Below the pieces are notes generated by a model that worked only from the letters and a program-made list of their open reading frames with translations, was not told the DNA's origin and made no database searches. Made by a program: the position numbers and the translations under genes. Positions 1-8,264 of a DNA stretch of 64,000 nucleotides are shown in pieces. The first letter of the stretch is position 1. The number at the start of each line of letters is the position of its first letter. This DNA comes from Pyrodictiaceae archaeon. GTDB lineage: Archaea; Thermoproteota; Thermoprotei_A; Sulfolobales; Pyrodictiaceae. Location of the stretch: contig JALVSY010000007.1 in the NCBI GenBank assembly GCA_027036135.1, positions 772,880-836,879 on the forward strand. The letters are read 5' to 3'.

Positions 1-1242
1 GACCAGGGGGGTCCATGTATTTATTAGGTTAGCGTTTACGGCCTTAGATACGCTCAAGGCGTTCTCCGGGCATATCTCCTCACAATAGCCACAAGCTATA
101 CAACGGTCATGTAGAAATAGCAGAGCAGAGACATCGCTTGCTTCTTTAACAACAAGAGCATTAGCTGGGCATTCGTAAGCACATGCCCCGCAGAGAGTAC
201 ACTTTTCTGTATCAATTTTCAGCACAGAGCTAAATCCCGTGGAAAGATCCGCTGCTATTCCGAGCTTTTTTAGAACGGCTAGGGCTAGTGGCCTGAGTCC
301 ACGTGAGAGGTACTGACTGGGGTTATTGATGCTATATACTCGTGGCTCTCCTTTTATGAGCACCTTTACCTCATCTAGGCTATGGAGCAAGCGAAGGCTT
401 GTCACCTTGACATAGTCTGACTCAACCATGTCCTTATAGGGGGCTCGGGACTCTCTGCATCTCTTTACCTCTCTTTCCCACCCTGCCTCTATAATAACTG
501 GCTGTAATCCTACAGCGTGAAGCGCAAGAAGCTCTTCGAGACCAATTACGTATGGACAGGAGACCGGAACTATCACTACTGGGGCTTTTGTCTTATTAAT
601 GGACTCTAAGAGAGCGGCTATAGAGCTGCGAGGCACTATGAGTGCGTAGCCAGGCTTTCCCAGCGGCACTATACTGCGCAAGGCATCGCGGAGCCCTGAT
701 CTCGTATAGCCGGGGAGATAGAGTAATTCTATTCCACAAATCGCTGCAGAGACAGGACACCCCCCACTAATATTGCACACTGAAAGGCATTCTTCACAAT
801 ATTTCTCCACTGCTGGATGCCTGCACAGAGTGACGTCCTCTATGGGTCTCTCCGTATACTCCATCGCTGTACCAATTACTGTTCCTCTTAGTAATGCCCT
901 CCGAGTTACTCTCTTTTCTGCACCACCGAGCTCGCTGAAGGCCTCCTCTGCAGGCCTTCTCGCAGTATATGCTATGCGAGAAAGAAGCAAACGCCCCCAG
1001 CTAATACCCGCAAGTTCAGCTTCTCGAGGATCAATCGCCTCTAAGAGGTAGTAGTTTTCAGCATTTATTCTCATCTCCCTAGCTAGCTCAGAATATAAGT
1101 TCCAGGCACCAGTTCCTACTAGTATAACTTTATCATTATTATTGAGGACTATCTGGCGAGCTTTCTTCTTGGCCTCTTCTTGGCTTCCTACCCGTATAGC
1201 GCCTGGGGCCTCAACCGAGTCAAAGACTATAGCTTTGACCAT
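1..1242 (-). CDS. Polyferredoxin-like 4Fe-4S dicluster protein (runs off the left edge, 3' partial)
   Basis: Not in the ORF track. Hand translation from ATG 1242 (SD GGAGGT upstream) is open to position 1 and contains CTLCGACAYECP and CIACGYCEEICP ferredoxin motifs plus a further Cys cluster (CEECLSVC). Confidence 0.85.
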   Translation of the reverse strand, partial: MVKAIVFDSVEAPGAIRVGSQEEAKKKARQIVLNNNDKVILVGTGAWNLYSELAREMRINAENYYLLEAIDPREAELAGISWGRLLLSRIAYTARRPAEEAFSELGGAEKRVTRRALLRGTVIGTAMEYTERPIEDVTLCRHPAVEKYCEECLSVCNISGGCPVSAAICGIELLYLPGYTRSGLRDALRSIVPLGKPGYALIVPRSSIAALLESINKTKAPVVIVPVSCPYVIGLEELLALHAVGLQPVIIEAGWEREVKRCRESRAPYKDMVESDYVKVTSLRLLHSLDEVKVLIKGEPRVYSINNPSQYLSRGLRPLALAVLKKLGIAADLSTGFSSVLKIDTEKCTLCGACAYECPANALVVKEASDVSALLFLHDRCIACGYCEEICPENALSVSKAVNANLINTWTPLV

Positions 1243-1326
1243 TAAAGACTACCTCCGAAAAATATGTGCTGAAAGGAGGGTAATAAGAGAGCAAGGAAAA
1301 GATGAAAAAGATAGCATGATTAAAAA

Positions 1327-2007
1327 TCAGTGACGACGGGCAAGAGCGATAGCTGCTATTATTATTCCTATGATGAGCACTGCTATTCCGGCGTATAGCC
1401 CCGTTTTTATCATTTTGTGTAAGTGGCTGCTATACGGCTTCACCGTCCTCCAGGCCGTCTCAGTGATAGTTGGGGGCGGGGTTGTATATGCCTTTTTGGA
1501 TACTGTTGTAGTGGTTGACGTAGTAGTTGTACTAGTGGTCGTAGTAGTTGTTGTCTTTGTAGTTGTAGTAGTTACCGTGGTAGTCGTGGTAGTGGTTTTT
1601 GCTGTAGTTGTTGTCTTTGCCGTACTAGTAGTAGTCGCTGCTCCCGCTTTCGCCTCCTCGAATACCTGCTTAAAGAAGTCATATAGTAGCTTAAAGTCTT
1701 GATTACTTAGTCCCCCTGCATAACTTCTCATTTGCTGCATAAGCTGCTCATAGCTACTTGCTTGTTTATACTCATGTGCGACGGCCTCATCAAGAGTCTT
1801 GTATTTCTTAGCCCATCCCTTTATGATTTTGACTAGTTGATCAAACGATGGAGCCACTTGACCGTTATGACATGTTGCACAATGGGCTTGAAATATTTGT
1901 TTCACTTTCGCTTCATTAGCTGTTTGGCTAGCGGCTATCCCTATACCAAGCATTAATAGAGCCATTACTACAAGCCCAAGGATGCTTCTTGCACCGGCGC
2001 GGGCCAT
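1327..2007 (-). CDS. Membrane-anchored monoheme cytochrome c with Thr-rich stalk
   Basis: N-terminal signal peptide, one CATCH heme motif, ~45-residue poly-Thr linker, C-terminal hydrophobic helix followed by RRH; SD GAGGAGG. Confidence 0.85.
   Translation of the reverse strand: MARAGARSILGLVVMALLMLGIGIAASQTANEAKVKQIFQAHCATCHNGQVAPSFDQLVKIIKGWAKKYKTLDEAVAHEYKQASSYEQLMQQMRSYAGGLSNQDFKLLYDFFKQVFEEAKAGAATTTSTAKTTTTAKTTTTTTTVTTTTTKTTTTTTTSTTTTSTTTTVSKKAYTTPPPTITETAWRTVKPYSSHLHKMIKTGLYAGIAVLIIGIIIAAIALARRH
1490..1640 (-). repeat. Low-complexity ACN-codon repeat encoding the poly-Thr linker
   Basis: Runs of gtagta/gttgta on the + strand translating to TTTSTAKTTTTAKTTTTTTTVTTTTTK. Confidence 0.85.
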
Positions 2008-2043
2008 ATTCCATCCTCCTCAGTTAACGAGCGTTAATTAGGG

Positions 2044-2054
2044 TATATAAAAAA
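2044..2054 (-). promoter_or_regulatory. T-run/TATA box (TTTTTTATATA) between nrfD-like gene and monoheme cytochrome gene
   Basis: Directly after the nrfD-like stop and ~37 nt upstream of ATG 2007; could act as terminator, TATA box or both. Confidence 0.5.
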
Positions 2055-3332
2055 CTAGTGTGCACTATTTTCGGGTACAGTTGCTGTCTTAATACCCGGT
2101 TTGAAATAGTGAGTCATTACTGCCTTTATCGCTGGTCTTGCTAGCCATAGATAAATCATTATTCCTAGCGCATGCACGCCCAGCGCTATACCATACTCTA
2201 TTGGTGTTGGGTGGTACGGTCTTATTTCTCCTAGCGTGCTAGGCGTGAATCCCGGGACGAGTGTAGCTAAGGTCTTTTCGGATGTTACTGCTATTATTGT
2301 GAGTATTGCTATAAAGGCCATTGCTCCCTTGCTCCTATGAGTTGATGGTATAAAGCTTAGCAGCACTGCCGCTACTGCAAAACTTATCCATATCCATTCA
2401 AGCACTGCTAAGTAAGGCAAATGTAGACCATAGAATAGGTTTCTTGCTTGTGCCCATTTCATCGGCTCCGTAGTGTACCAGAATATTTCCTGTGCATCGC
2501 TGAAGGTGAAGTAGAGTCCCACTATTAGTCCTCCTGCGATAATGTATATTATCTTTTTATACATTTCTGCGCTAACGCTGAATCCATCGATGTATCTCTC
2601 AGCAAGATATATCGCCAGCAGAACCATTGCTGGCCCAGCAGCCAACGCCGTAGCCACAAAGCTTGGCGCCAAGAGTGATGTATTCCAGATCGGGCGTGCT
2701 CTTAGTGCCTGGAAGATGAATCCCGTCACCGTGTGTATACCTATAGCGAATGGCGCTGCTAGCACTATGTATGGTATGATAAATTTCTTTGGCAAAGGTT
2801 TGTCCTGCCGATAGTAATGTATAGTCACATAGACCGCTACCAGGTTTATCGTTAGATATGTTGAGATCACTATGAAGTCCCAGTCTAGCATTGAATGGAG
2901 ATTTGGCAGGAATGGTAACTCGAACATAGCCCTTATAGGCCTACCCAGATCAGCAAAACCGACTAAGGCTAGCACTATTATCAGTGCTGCTACTGCTTGC
3001 ACCTCGCCTAGCACTGCTATCTTGAGGAGCTCCTTATCCTGGAAGATGTAAGCAGCTACGCCAAATGCTATCCCCGCAGCCGCTACGCCAACCCAGTATA
3101 TGAAGAACGCTATATAGAGACCCCATGGATCGCTGTCATTCATACCTGTTAGCGCTAATCCACCATAATCCGTATGCAGAAATACTGGCGCGTGCTGTAT
3201 GAAGAACCATAGGTAGAAGCCGTATAGGAATATCAGCGTTAGGCCAACCATTGCTAAGTAGTAGCGCTTACTGCCCTTGAACCCATCCTTTATTATTATG
3301 ACGAATGTATCCCACCAGTCCTTCCAGCTCAC
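2055..3332 (-). CDS. NrfD/PsrC-family polytopic membrane protein (DsrP/HmcC-like quinol-interacting subunit)
   Basis: ~10 TM helices; PWGLYIAFFIYWVGVAAAG and DLGRPIR motifs typical of the NrfD family; 4-nt overlap with the upstream Fe-S gene. Confidence 0.9.
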   Translation of the reverse strand: MSWKDWWDTFVIIIKDGFKGSKRYYLAMVGLTLIFLYGFYLWFFIQHAPVFLHTDYGGLALTGMNDSDPWGLYIAFFIYWVGVAAAGIAFGVAAYIFQDKELLKIAVLGEVQAVAALIIVLALVGFADLGRPIRAMFELPFLPNLHSMLDWDFIVISTYLTINLVAVYVTIHYYRQDKPLPKKFIIPYIVLAAPFAIGIHTVTGFIFQALRARPIWNTSLLAPSFVATALAAGPAMVLLAIYLAERYIDGFSVSAEMYKKIIYIIAGGLIVGLYFTFSDAQEIFWYTTEPMKWAQARNLFYGLHLPYLAVLEWIWISFAVAAVLLSFIPSTHRSKGAMAFIAILTIIAVTSEKTLATLVPGFTPSTLGEIRPYHPTPIEYGIALGVHALGIMIYLWLARPAIKAVMTHYFKPGIKTATVPENSAH

Positions 3333-4432
3333 TTAGAGCCACCTCCATTCTGTGCCTCCTTACTTGTACTAGCAGCACCTTCTCTAGGAGGTGTGCGTGC
3401 AGGCCCAAAGAAATAGAAGAACTTTGGATGAGTACCTGCGTCGGGTTTCAACACGAAGAGACCATATTCCTCTGCTATTCTCCGTATGGGGCTGTTGGGA
3501 TCATTCAAGTTACCAAATACCCTAGCACCAACTGGGCAGACCTCTACACACGCTGGCACGCCACCGTCACGCGTGCGCTGTATACACCAAGTACACTTCT
3601 CCATGACATGTATCTGCCTAGGCACGTTACCGAGTATGTGCATGTTCGGATTCAGTTCCAGCACTGGTATATAGGGCTTCTTCCAATTGAAGCGCCTAGC
3701 TCCATAGGGACATGCTACCTCACAGTACCTGCACCCGATACAGCGATCATAGTCTATTACTACTATCCCGTCTGGCTCCTTGAACGTCGCTCTAACGGGA
3801 CAAACCATAACGCATGGCGGCTTCTCACAATGCATACAAGCTATTGGTATATAGACCTTATCCTTCTTCGGCCCTTCCTTATAGTACCACTGTGAGCCAA
3901 GCAAGTCCTGGAACTCCATTCTATTGGCTTCAAGTACTCTTATCCATTCTATGTGCAGGTTCCGGGCCTGGTTGTTCTCCATGACGCAAGCGTAGACACA
4001 GCGGCGGCACCCAATACACTTGTTGAGATCAAGGGCCATAGCGTATCTGACGCCTTTCTTTGGCGGTGTTGCTTTTACTACTAAAAGCTTACACTTTTGC
4101 TTGACTAGTTTGCACTCCTCGGATGATTCGCCGTATTTCTCGCAAACCTTTCTTGCCTCTTTTTGGCACCACTTCTTTAGCTTCGCTTCTTTCTTCTTGG
4201 CTCTTTTCTCTAGAGCCGATTGTGAATCTGAGGGGCCTCCTAGCGGGTAATCCAGCATGCCCTCTAGTTTTACTGGCTTCAGAACCTTCATTAACTTCTC
4301 CTTATCAACAAGAGGTATACTTGTAATCGCAGCCCCTACAGCCATTAATTTGAGAACATCCCTACGCTTCTCATCTATCTTTCCATTATTCATGGCATCT
4401 TTATTGTTATCGTTTTTAACATCACGGTTCAT
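3329..4432 (-). CDS. Tat-exported 4Fe-4S protein (NrfC/DsrO/HmcB-like)
   Basis: CIGCRRCVYAC, CMHCEKPPCVMVCP, CIGCRYCEVACP and CTWC...ACVEVCP motifs; twin-arginine KRRDVLK plus hydrophobic stretch. Start moved from 4513 to ATG 4432 (SD GGAGGTGA). Confidence 0.9.
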   Translation of the reverse strand: MNRDVKNDNNKDAMNNGKIDEKRRDVLKLMAVGAAITSIPLVDKEKLMKVLKPVKLEGMLDYPLGGPSDSQSALEKRAKKKEAKLKKWCQKEARKVCEKYGESSEECKLVKQKCKLLVVKATPPKKGVRYAMALDLNKCIGCRRCVYACVMENNQARNLHIEWIRVLEANRMEFQDLLGSQWYYKEGPKKDKVYIPIACMHCEKPPCVMVCPVRATFKEPDGIVVIDYDRCIGCRYCEVACPYGARRFNWKKPYIPVLELNPNMHILGNVPRQIHVMEKCTWCIQRTRDGGVPACVEVCPVGARVFGNLNDPNSPIRRIAEEYGLFVLKPDAGTHPKFFYFFGPARTPPREGAASTSKEAQNGGGSK

Positions 4433-4439
4433 AAGGGGG

Positions 4440-5174
4440 TCACCTCCTTGAACCAGAGTCGCCATGCCTAGAGGCAGAAGGAGCATAGTGCACAACAAAA
4501 GCAATTCCAACAACTATTAACCCGCCAACTAGAGCTAATACATCACCAATAGCTATACTGGTCTCCTTTGGTGGAGCGGGTCTTTCGGATGGTGTCGGCA
4601 GTATATTTAGTGGCTTAACTACTGGGTCGTGTGGATTATGGCACTCCACACATGCCCTCGCTGGCACCGTTTCCAAATGCTTATAGCCGTCGGGGCATAT
4701 GTGATAGTAATAGTTGACACCCTTATAGCCATGGATTATTATTACTTTTCCTCCAGGACATGTAAATGTCTTATTACCATGTATAAGGTCTAAGTAGTCC
4801 TGGTATTCTCTAGGATGGCAGATGGCACAGAGCTTGTTTGTTTGCATTACTAATGTTCTGTTATGGAAGCCAGGAATGTAGACTCTGGCACCGCCTCTTA
4901 GGTTTATGAATGTTGGTGGTATGTGGCAATTCGCGCAATAAAGTCCTCGGTGAGGGCCTTTAGTTAGATCTATGTGATGGAAGGGTACTTTCTTTACCAT
5001 GCCATTTAAGTACGGCATATGTGCATGGCACTTTGTACAAGGATATATACTCTTATAGTACTCAAATAGTTGCTTGTTCTTCGTACTGTTACTAGCTGCG
5101 TGCGCTATACTCATGCCTGCTAACATGATTATTACTAGTGATAACGTTAGCGCGATAGTTGTTCTTCTTAGCAT
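4440..5174 (-). CDS. Membrane-anchored tetraheme cytochrome c
   Basis: Four CXXCH motifs (CTKCH, CANCH, CAICH, CVECH), many extra His, signal peptide ending AHA, C-terminal TM helix. ATG 5174 follows SD GGGGTGAGGT. Confidence 0.9.
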   Translation of the reverse strand: MLRRTTIALTLSLVIIMLAGMSIAHAASNSTKNKQLFEYYKSIYPCTKCHAHMPYLNGMVKKVPFHHIDLTKGPHRGLYCANCHIPPTFINLRGGARVYIPGFHNRTLVMQTNKLCAICHPREYQDYLDLIHGNKTFTCPGGKVIIIHGYKGVNYYYHICPDGYKHLETVPARACVECHNPHDPVVKPLNILPTPSERPAPPKETSIAIGDVLALVGGLIVVGIAFVVHYAPSASRHGDSGSRR

Positions 5175-5253
5175 ATACCTCACCCCGGCAAGGAAACCCG
5201 CGAACTGAACGCCGACCTGTACCCTATGTCTTCCTTGGTCAAAGGCTAAGGGA

Positions 5254-5346
5254 TCAGCCTAGGTAAAAGATATTGGCCCGCAAAAATTTGGTCGGAGTAA
5301 GATAATTCGTATAAGAGGATAACAGTGCCATAAGAGCAGTATCCAT
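5254..5346 (-). CDS. Putative 30-aa leader/small protein (MDTALMALLSSYTNYLTPTKFLRANIFYLG)
   Basis: ATG directly preceded by GGGGGAGGT; lies just upstream of the cytochrome genes on the same strand; no homolog recognised. Confidence 0.3.
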   Translation of the reverse strand: MDTALMALLSSYTNYLTPTKFLRANIFYLG

Positions 5347-5457
5347 GACCTCCCCCTCACGATTACTACGCTTAATTAGATTAATTAGACTAAATGATAT
5401 TAAAGCCTAAGGCGTATTTACAATAAATGCCGAAATGATTAGTTTAGGGTGTGATAT

Positions 5458-6159
5458 ATGAAACACATTATAATGTTTGCTATTATTGTTGCCCTTATTA
5501 TAATGATCGGTTTGACAAGCTATCAATATGCACGTGCAATGAGTTCGGGTGCTCCTTCTCTGAATTGCGTGCAATGCCACCGCGGCGCAGAGAAAAGACC
5601 AGCTACATTTATTATAGAGGGGTTGCCAAAGAAATATACACCTAGTAAGATATATACAATAATAATAAAGATAACAAATGGACCAAAATGTAATCCGAAT
5701 ATCGCATGCGGTGGCTTTGCTGTAAAAGTGAATTCGGGCAAACTGATAGTGACAGATCCTAAAGATACTCAAATACGGGCCTCGCCCATGGGGGAGATAA
5801 TCACACATACTAAACAAGGCTCAAAGAAACGTGAATGGAGCTTTGAATGGAAGGCCCCAAAGACCATGAGGCCCGTAACCTTTGAAATATCGGTGCTCGC
5901 CGCCAACGGTGATGGAAGCCCACTAGGCGATGCCTTTGCACAAAAGATCATCACTATTCAACCAGTATCGGTCACAACAAGTACAATAACTATGAACAAG
6001 ACTAAGAATCCAACAATTACCAAAATAACACCAAAGACGCAACCCTACACGATTACTACAAAAAAACAAGAAAAACGCAACACCCTAGTAGCAACTGCAT
6101 CAGCAATACTCCTATTTGTACTAGCTACAGCTGCATACCTATTTGTTATTCGAAAATAG
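5458..6159 (+). CDS. Surface-anchored CXXCH protein with Reeler/choice-of-anchor-V-like domain
   Basis: Signal peptide, NCVQCH motif, WSFEWKAP and VLAANGDGSPLGD motifs resembling Reeler-like domains, Thr-rich linker, C-terminal TM plus RK. Confidence 0.75.
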   Translation: MKHIIMFAIIVALIIMIGLTSYQYARAMSSGAPSLNCVQCHRGAEKRPATFIIEGLPKKYTPSKIYTIIIKITNGPKCNPNIACGGFAVKVNSGKLIVTDPKDTQIRASPMGEIITHTKQGSKKREWSFEWKAPKTMRPVTFEISVLAANGDGSPLGDAFAQKIITIQPVSVTTSTITMNKTKNPTITKITPKTQPYTITTKKQEKRNTLVATASAILLFVLATAAYLFVIRK

Positions 6160-6294
6160 CATCAACCTGGTTTAAAGACGACTTTTGACCCCTCTTCTTC
6201 GTTCCTAATTCTTTTTATGCTTTTTATTATCCTAGATAACACTAGAGGAAAGAAATATAATAAGTTCTGAATCGCTGTAGAGACCTATACCCCC

Positions 6295-7032
6295 GTGACT
6301 ATAATATACTATTTTAGGGATGGATTCATGAACAATATCGTCCCAGTGGGTGCTGTCGCCGAGCTACTCATTAAAAACAAGGATGAATGTATTAGCCTAG
6401 AAACCATTGCAGAAAGACTCTTCATACGCTTACCATTAGTAAAGAGAGCCATAGATGCCCTCATAAAGGCCTCTAATAAGGATTCAATCGAGCTACATAG
6501 CAATTGTATAATAGTTAAAGACCGCTTGGAACTCGCGCTGGCTGCTGTCCGCCTAGGTGTACCGGAGAATGTTGTCGCCCGTGGCCTTGATTGGAGAATG
6601 TTCGAGGCGTACGCTGCTAGGGCTCTTGCTGAGGCTGGGTACCGGGTTTATCGTGGCCTCCGGGTAGGCGGTAGGGGTGGATTGGAGCTAGATGTGCTGG
6701 GGCTTGGAACCCGCGTAGGGGTAGCGATTGATTGTAAGCACTGGGAGCCCCGTTACACGGTACCCAGTAGGCTCCGGGAAGCAGCAAAGAGGCACGTTGA
6801 GCGGGTTACGAAGCTGGCTTTGTTCTGGGATCGGCTTCGTCTCCCACCGGGCTGCTGGAAAATCATACCAGCGCTCCTCGTTCTACGTGAGCATGTTCCC
6901 CGGCTCCTAGAGGGAGTGGCTATCGTCCCCGTCTCTAGGCTGAGGGGATTTATAGAAGAGATCTCTGTGCTCGCTGAGGCGGAGGAGGTGGCATCGAGAC
7001 TAGCTTGTTCTAGGCAGAAAAAAATGTTCTAG
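6295..7032 (+). CDS. PD-(D/E)XK restriction-endonuclease-like protein (Mrr-cat/NERD-like) with N-terminal HTH-like region
   Basis: WRMFE...LAEAGY...ELDVL...IDCKHW nuclease motif; start may be ATG 6328. Confidence 0.75.
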   Translation: MTIIYYFRDGFMNNIVPVGAVAELLIKNKDECISLETIAERLFIRLPLVKRAIDALIKASNKDSIELHSNCIIVKDRLELALAAVRLGVPENVVARGLDWRMFEAYAARALAEAGYRVYRGLRVGGRGGLELDVLGLGTRVGVAIDCKHWEPRYTVPSRLREAAKRHVERVTKLALFWDRLRLPPGCWKIIPALLVLREHVPRLLEGVAIVPVSRLRGFIEEISVLAEAEEVASRLACSRQKKMF

Positions 7033-8264
7033 AAACTGTTTATTGCGCGGAACTCGAAGCCTTCGCGCCGGAGGTCCTCTAGTATCTTCTTGGTCTCTTC
7101 CCTTGATGGGACCTCTACTATTACTCGTAGAGCCGTGTGCCACGGTGGTGCATGCACATCGCTACGGTCGTGGAGTACCTCTAGTATATTTGCTCGGTGG
7201 CTCCCTATTATCGCTGCGACTCTTGCGAGCATGCCTGGCTTGTCCGGCACGTAGCCGAAGAGCGTGGCTATTCTACCGCTGAAGGAGAGGCCGCGGATGA
7301 GTACGCGGTTGAGCATTGTTAGGTCTATGTTACCGCCGCTTATCAGCGCCACAACTTTCTTACCCTGTACTCCTCTTACTTTGCCGCTTAGGATGGCTGC
7401 TAGCGAGGCTGCTCCCGCACCCTCCGCTAGGACCTTACCTCTCTCTAGGAGGAGGTATATTGCCTGGGCTAGCTCGTCCTCGGTAACCGTTACTATCTCG
7501 TCTACAAGCTCCCTTACTATCCGGAATGTTAGCTCCCCGGGCCTCTTGACAGCAAGGCCATCCGCTATCGTTGACTGAGCCTTCACTTTGACGGGGTGAC
7601 CAGCTTTTAGCGATAATGTGAACTTCGGTACATTAGCTGGCTCAACACCAACTATCTTTACGCCTGGCCGGTTCTTCTTGATCGCTATTGAGGCCCCGGA
7701 TGCTAAGCCACCACCACCCAGCGGCACGACTACTATGTCGAAGTCCTCTATGTCCTCAAGTATCTCGTGCCCGAGCGTCGCCTGCCCCGCAATAATATCG
7801 GGGTCGTCAAATGCCGGTATGAAGGCGTAGCCGCGCTCCCTGGCTATCTCGCGGGCCTTGGCCTCAGCCTCGTCATATATAGTCCCGTAGAGCACTACTT
7901 CCGCTCCATAGCTCTTCGTTGCCTCTACCTTGGATATGCTAGCCGAGACCGGCATCACTATTACCGCAGGGAGCCCAAAGCTCTTAGCCGCAAAAGCTAC
8001 TCCCTGTGCGTGATTCCCCGCAGAAGCTGCTACAACGCCCCGGGCACGGTCCTTTACCTTGTATACCTTGTAGAGTGCTCCTCTTATCTTAAAGCTACCA
8101 GTCTTTTGCAAGTTCTCGTACTTGAGATAGACCGTTGCCCCGCTCATCCTGCTAAAAGTAGCACTGATATCAACTGGTGTACGGTGAGCATATCTCTGCA
8201 CGATTTTTCGCGCTTCTAGGCTCCTCTCATATATATCGTCTATTAGTTCACGTGTACTCGTCAA
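7029..8264 (-). CDS. ilvA: Threonine ammonia-lyase with C-terminal ACT domain
   Basis: KYENLQKTGSFKIRGA PLP-Lys motif, SAGNHAQG, GGGGL, ISGGNID; C-terminal PDKPGMLA ACT domain. Confidence 0.95.
   Translation of the reverse strand: MTSTRELIDDIYERSLEARKIVQRYAHRTPVDISATFSRMSGATVYLKYENLQKTGSFKIRGALYKVYKVKDRARGVVAASAGNHAQGVAFAAKSFGLPAVIVMPVSASISKVEATKSYGAEVVLYGTIYDEAEAKAREIARERGYAFIPAFDDPDIIAGQATLGHEILEDIEDFDIVVVPLGGGGLASGASIAIKKNRPGVKIVGVEPANVPKFTLSLKAGHPVKVKAQSTIADGLAVKRPGELTFRIVRELVDEIVTVTEDELAQAIYLLLERGKVLAEGAGAASLAAILSGKVRGVQGKKVVALISGGNIDLTMLNRVLIRGLSFSGRIATLFGYVPDKPGMLARVAAIIGSHRANILEVLHDRSDVHAPPWHTALRVIVEVPSREETKKILEDLRREGFEFRAINSF

Noticed and set aside
1370-1702. Val-rich 110-aa ORF on the + strand
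   Set aside because: Antisense shadow of the poly-Thr codons in the cytochrome c gene.
4433-4513. Hydrophobic N-terminal extension of the Fe-S protein in the ORF track
   Set aside because: Overlaps the tetraheme gene; a strong SD and the Tat motif support ATG 4432.
6295-7032. Nuclease as part of a restriction-modification or defence island
   Set aside because: No methyltransferase or other defence gene nearby; a solitary nuclease-fold gene.
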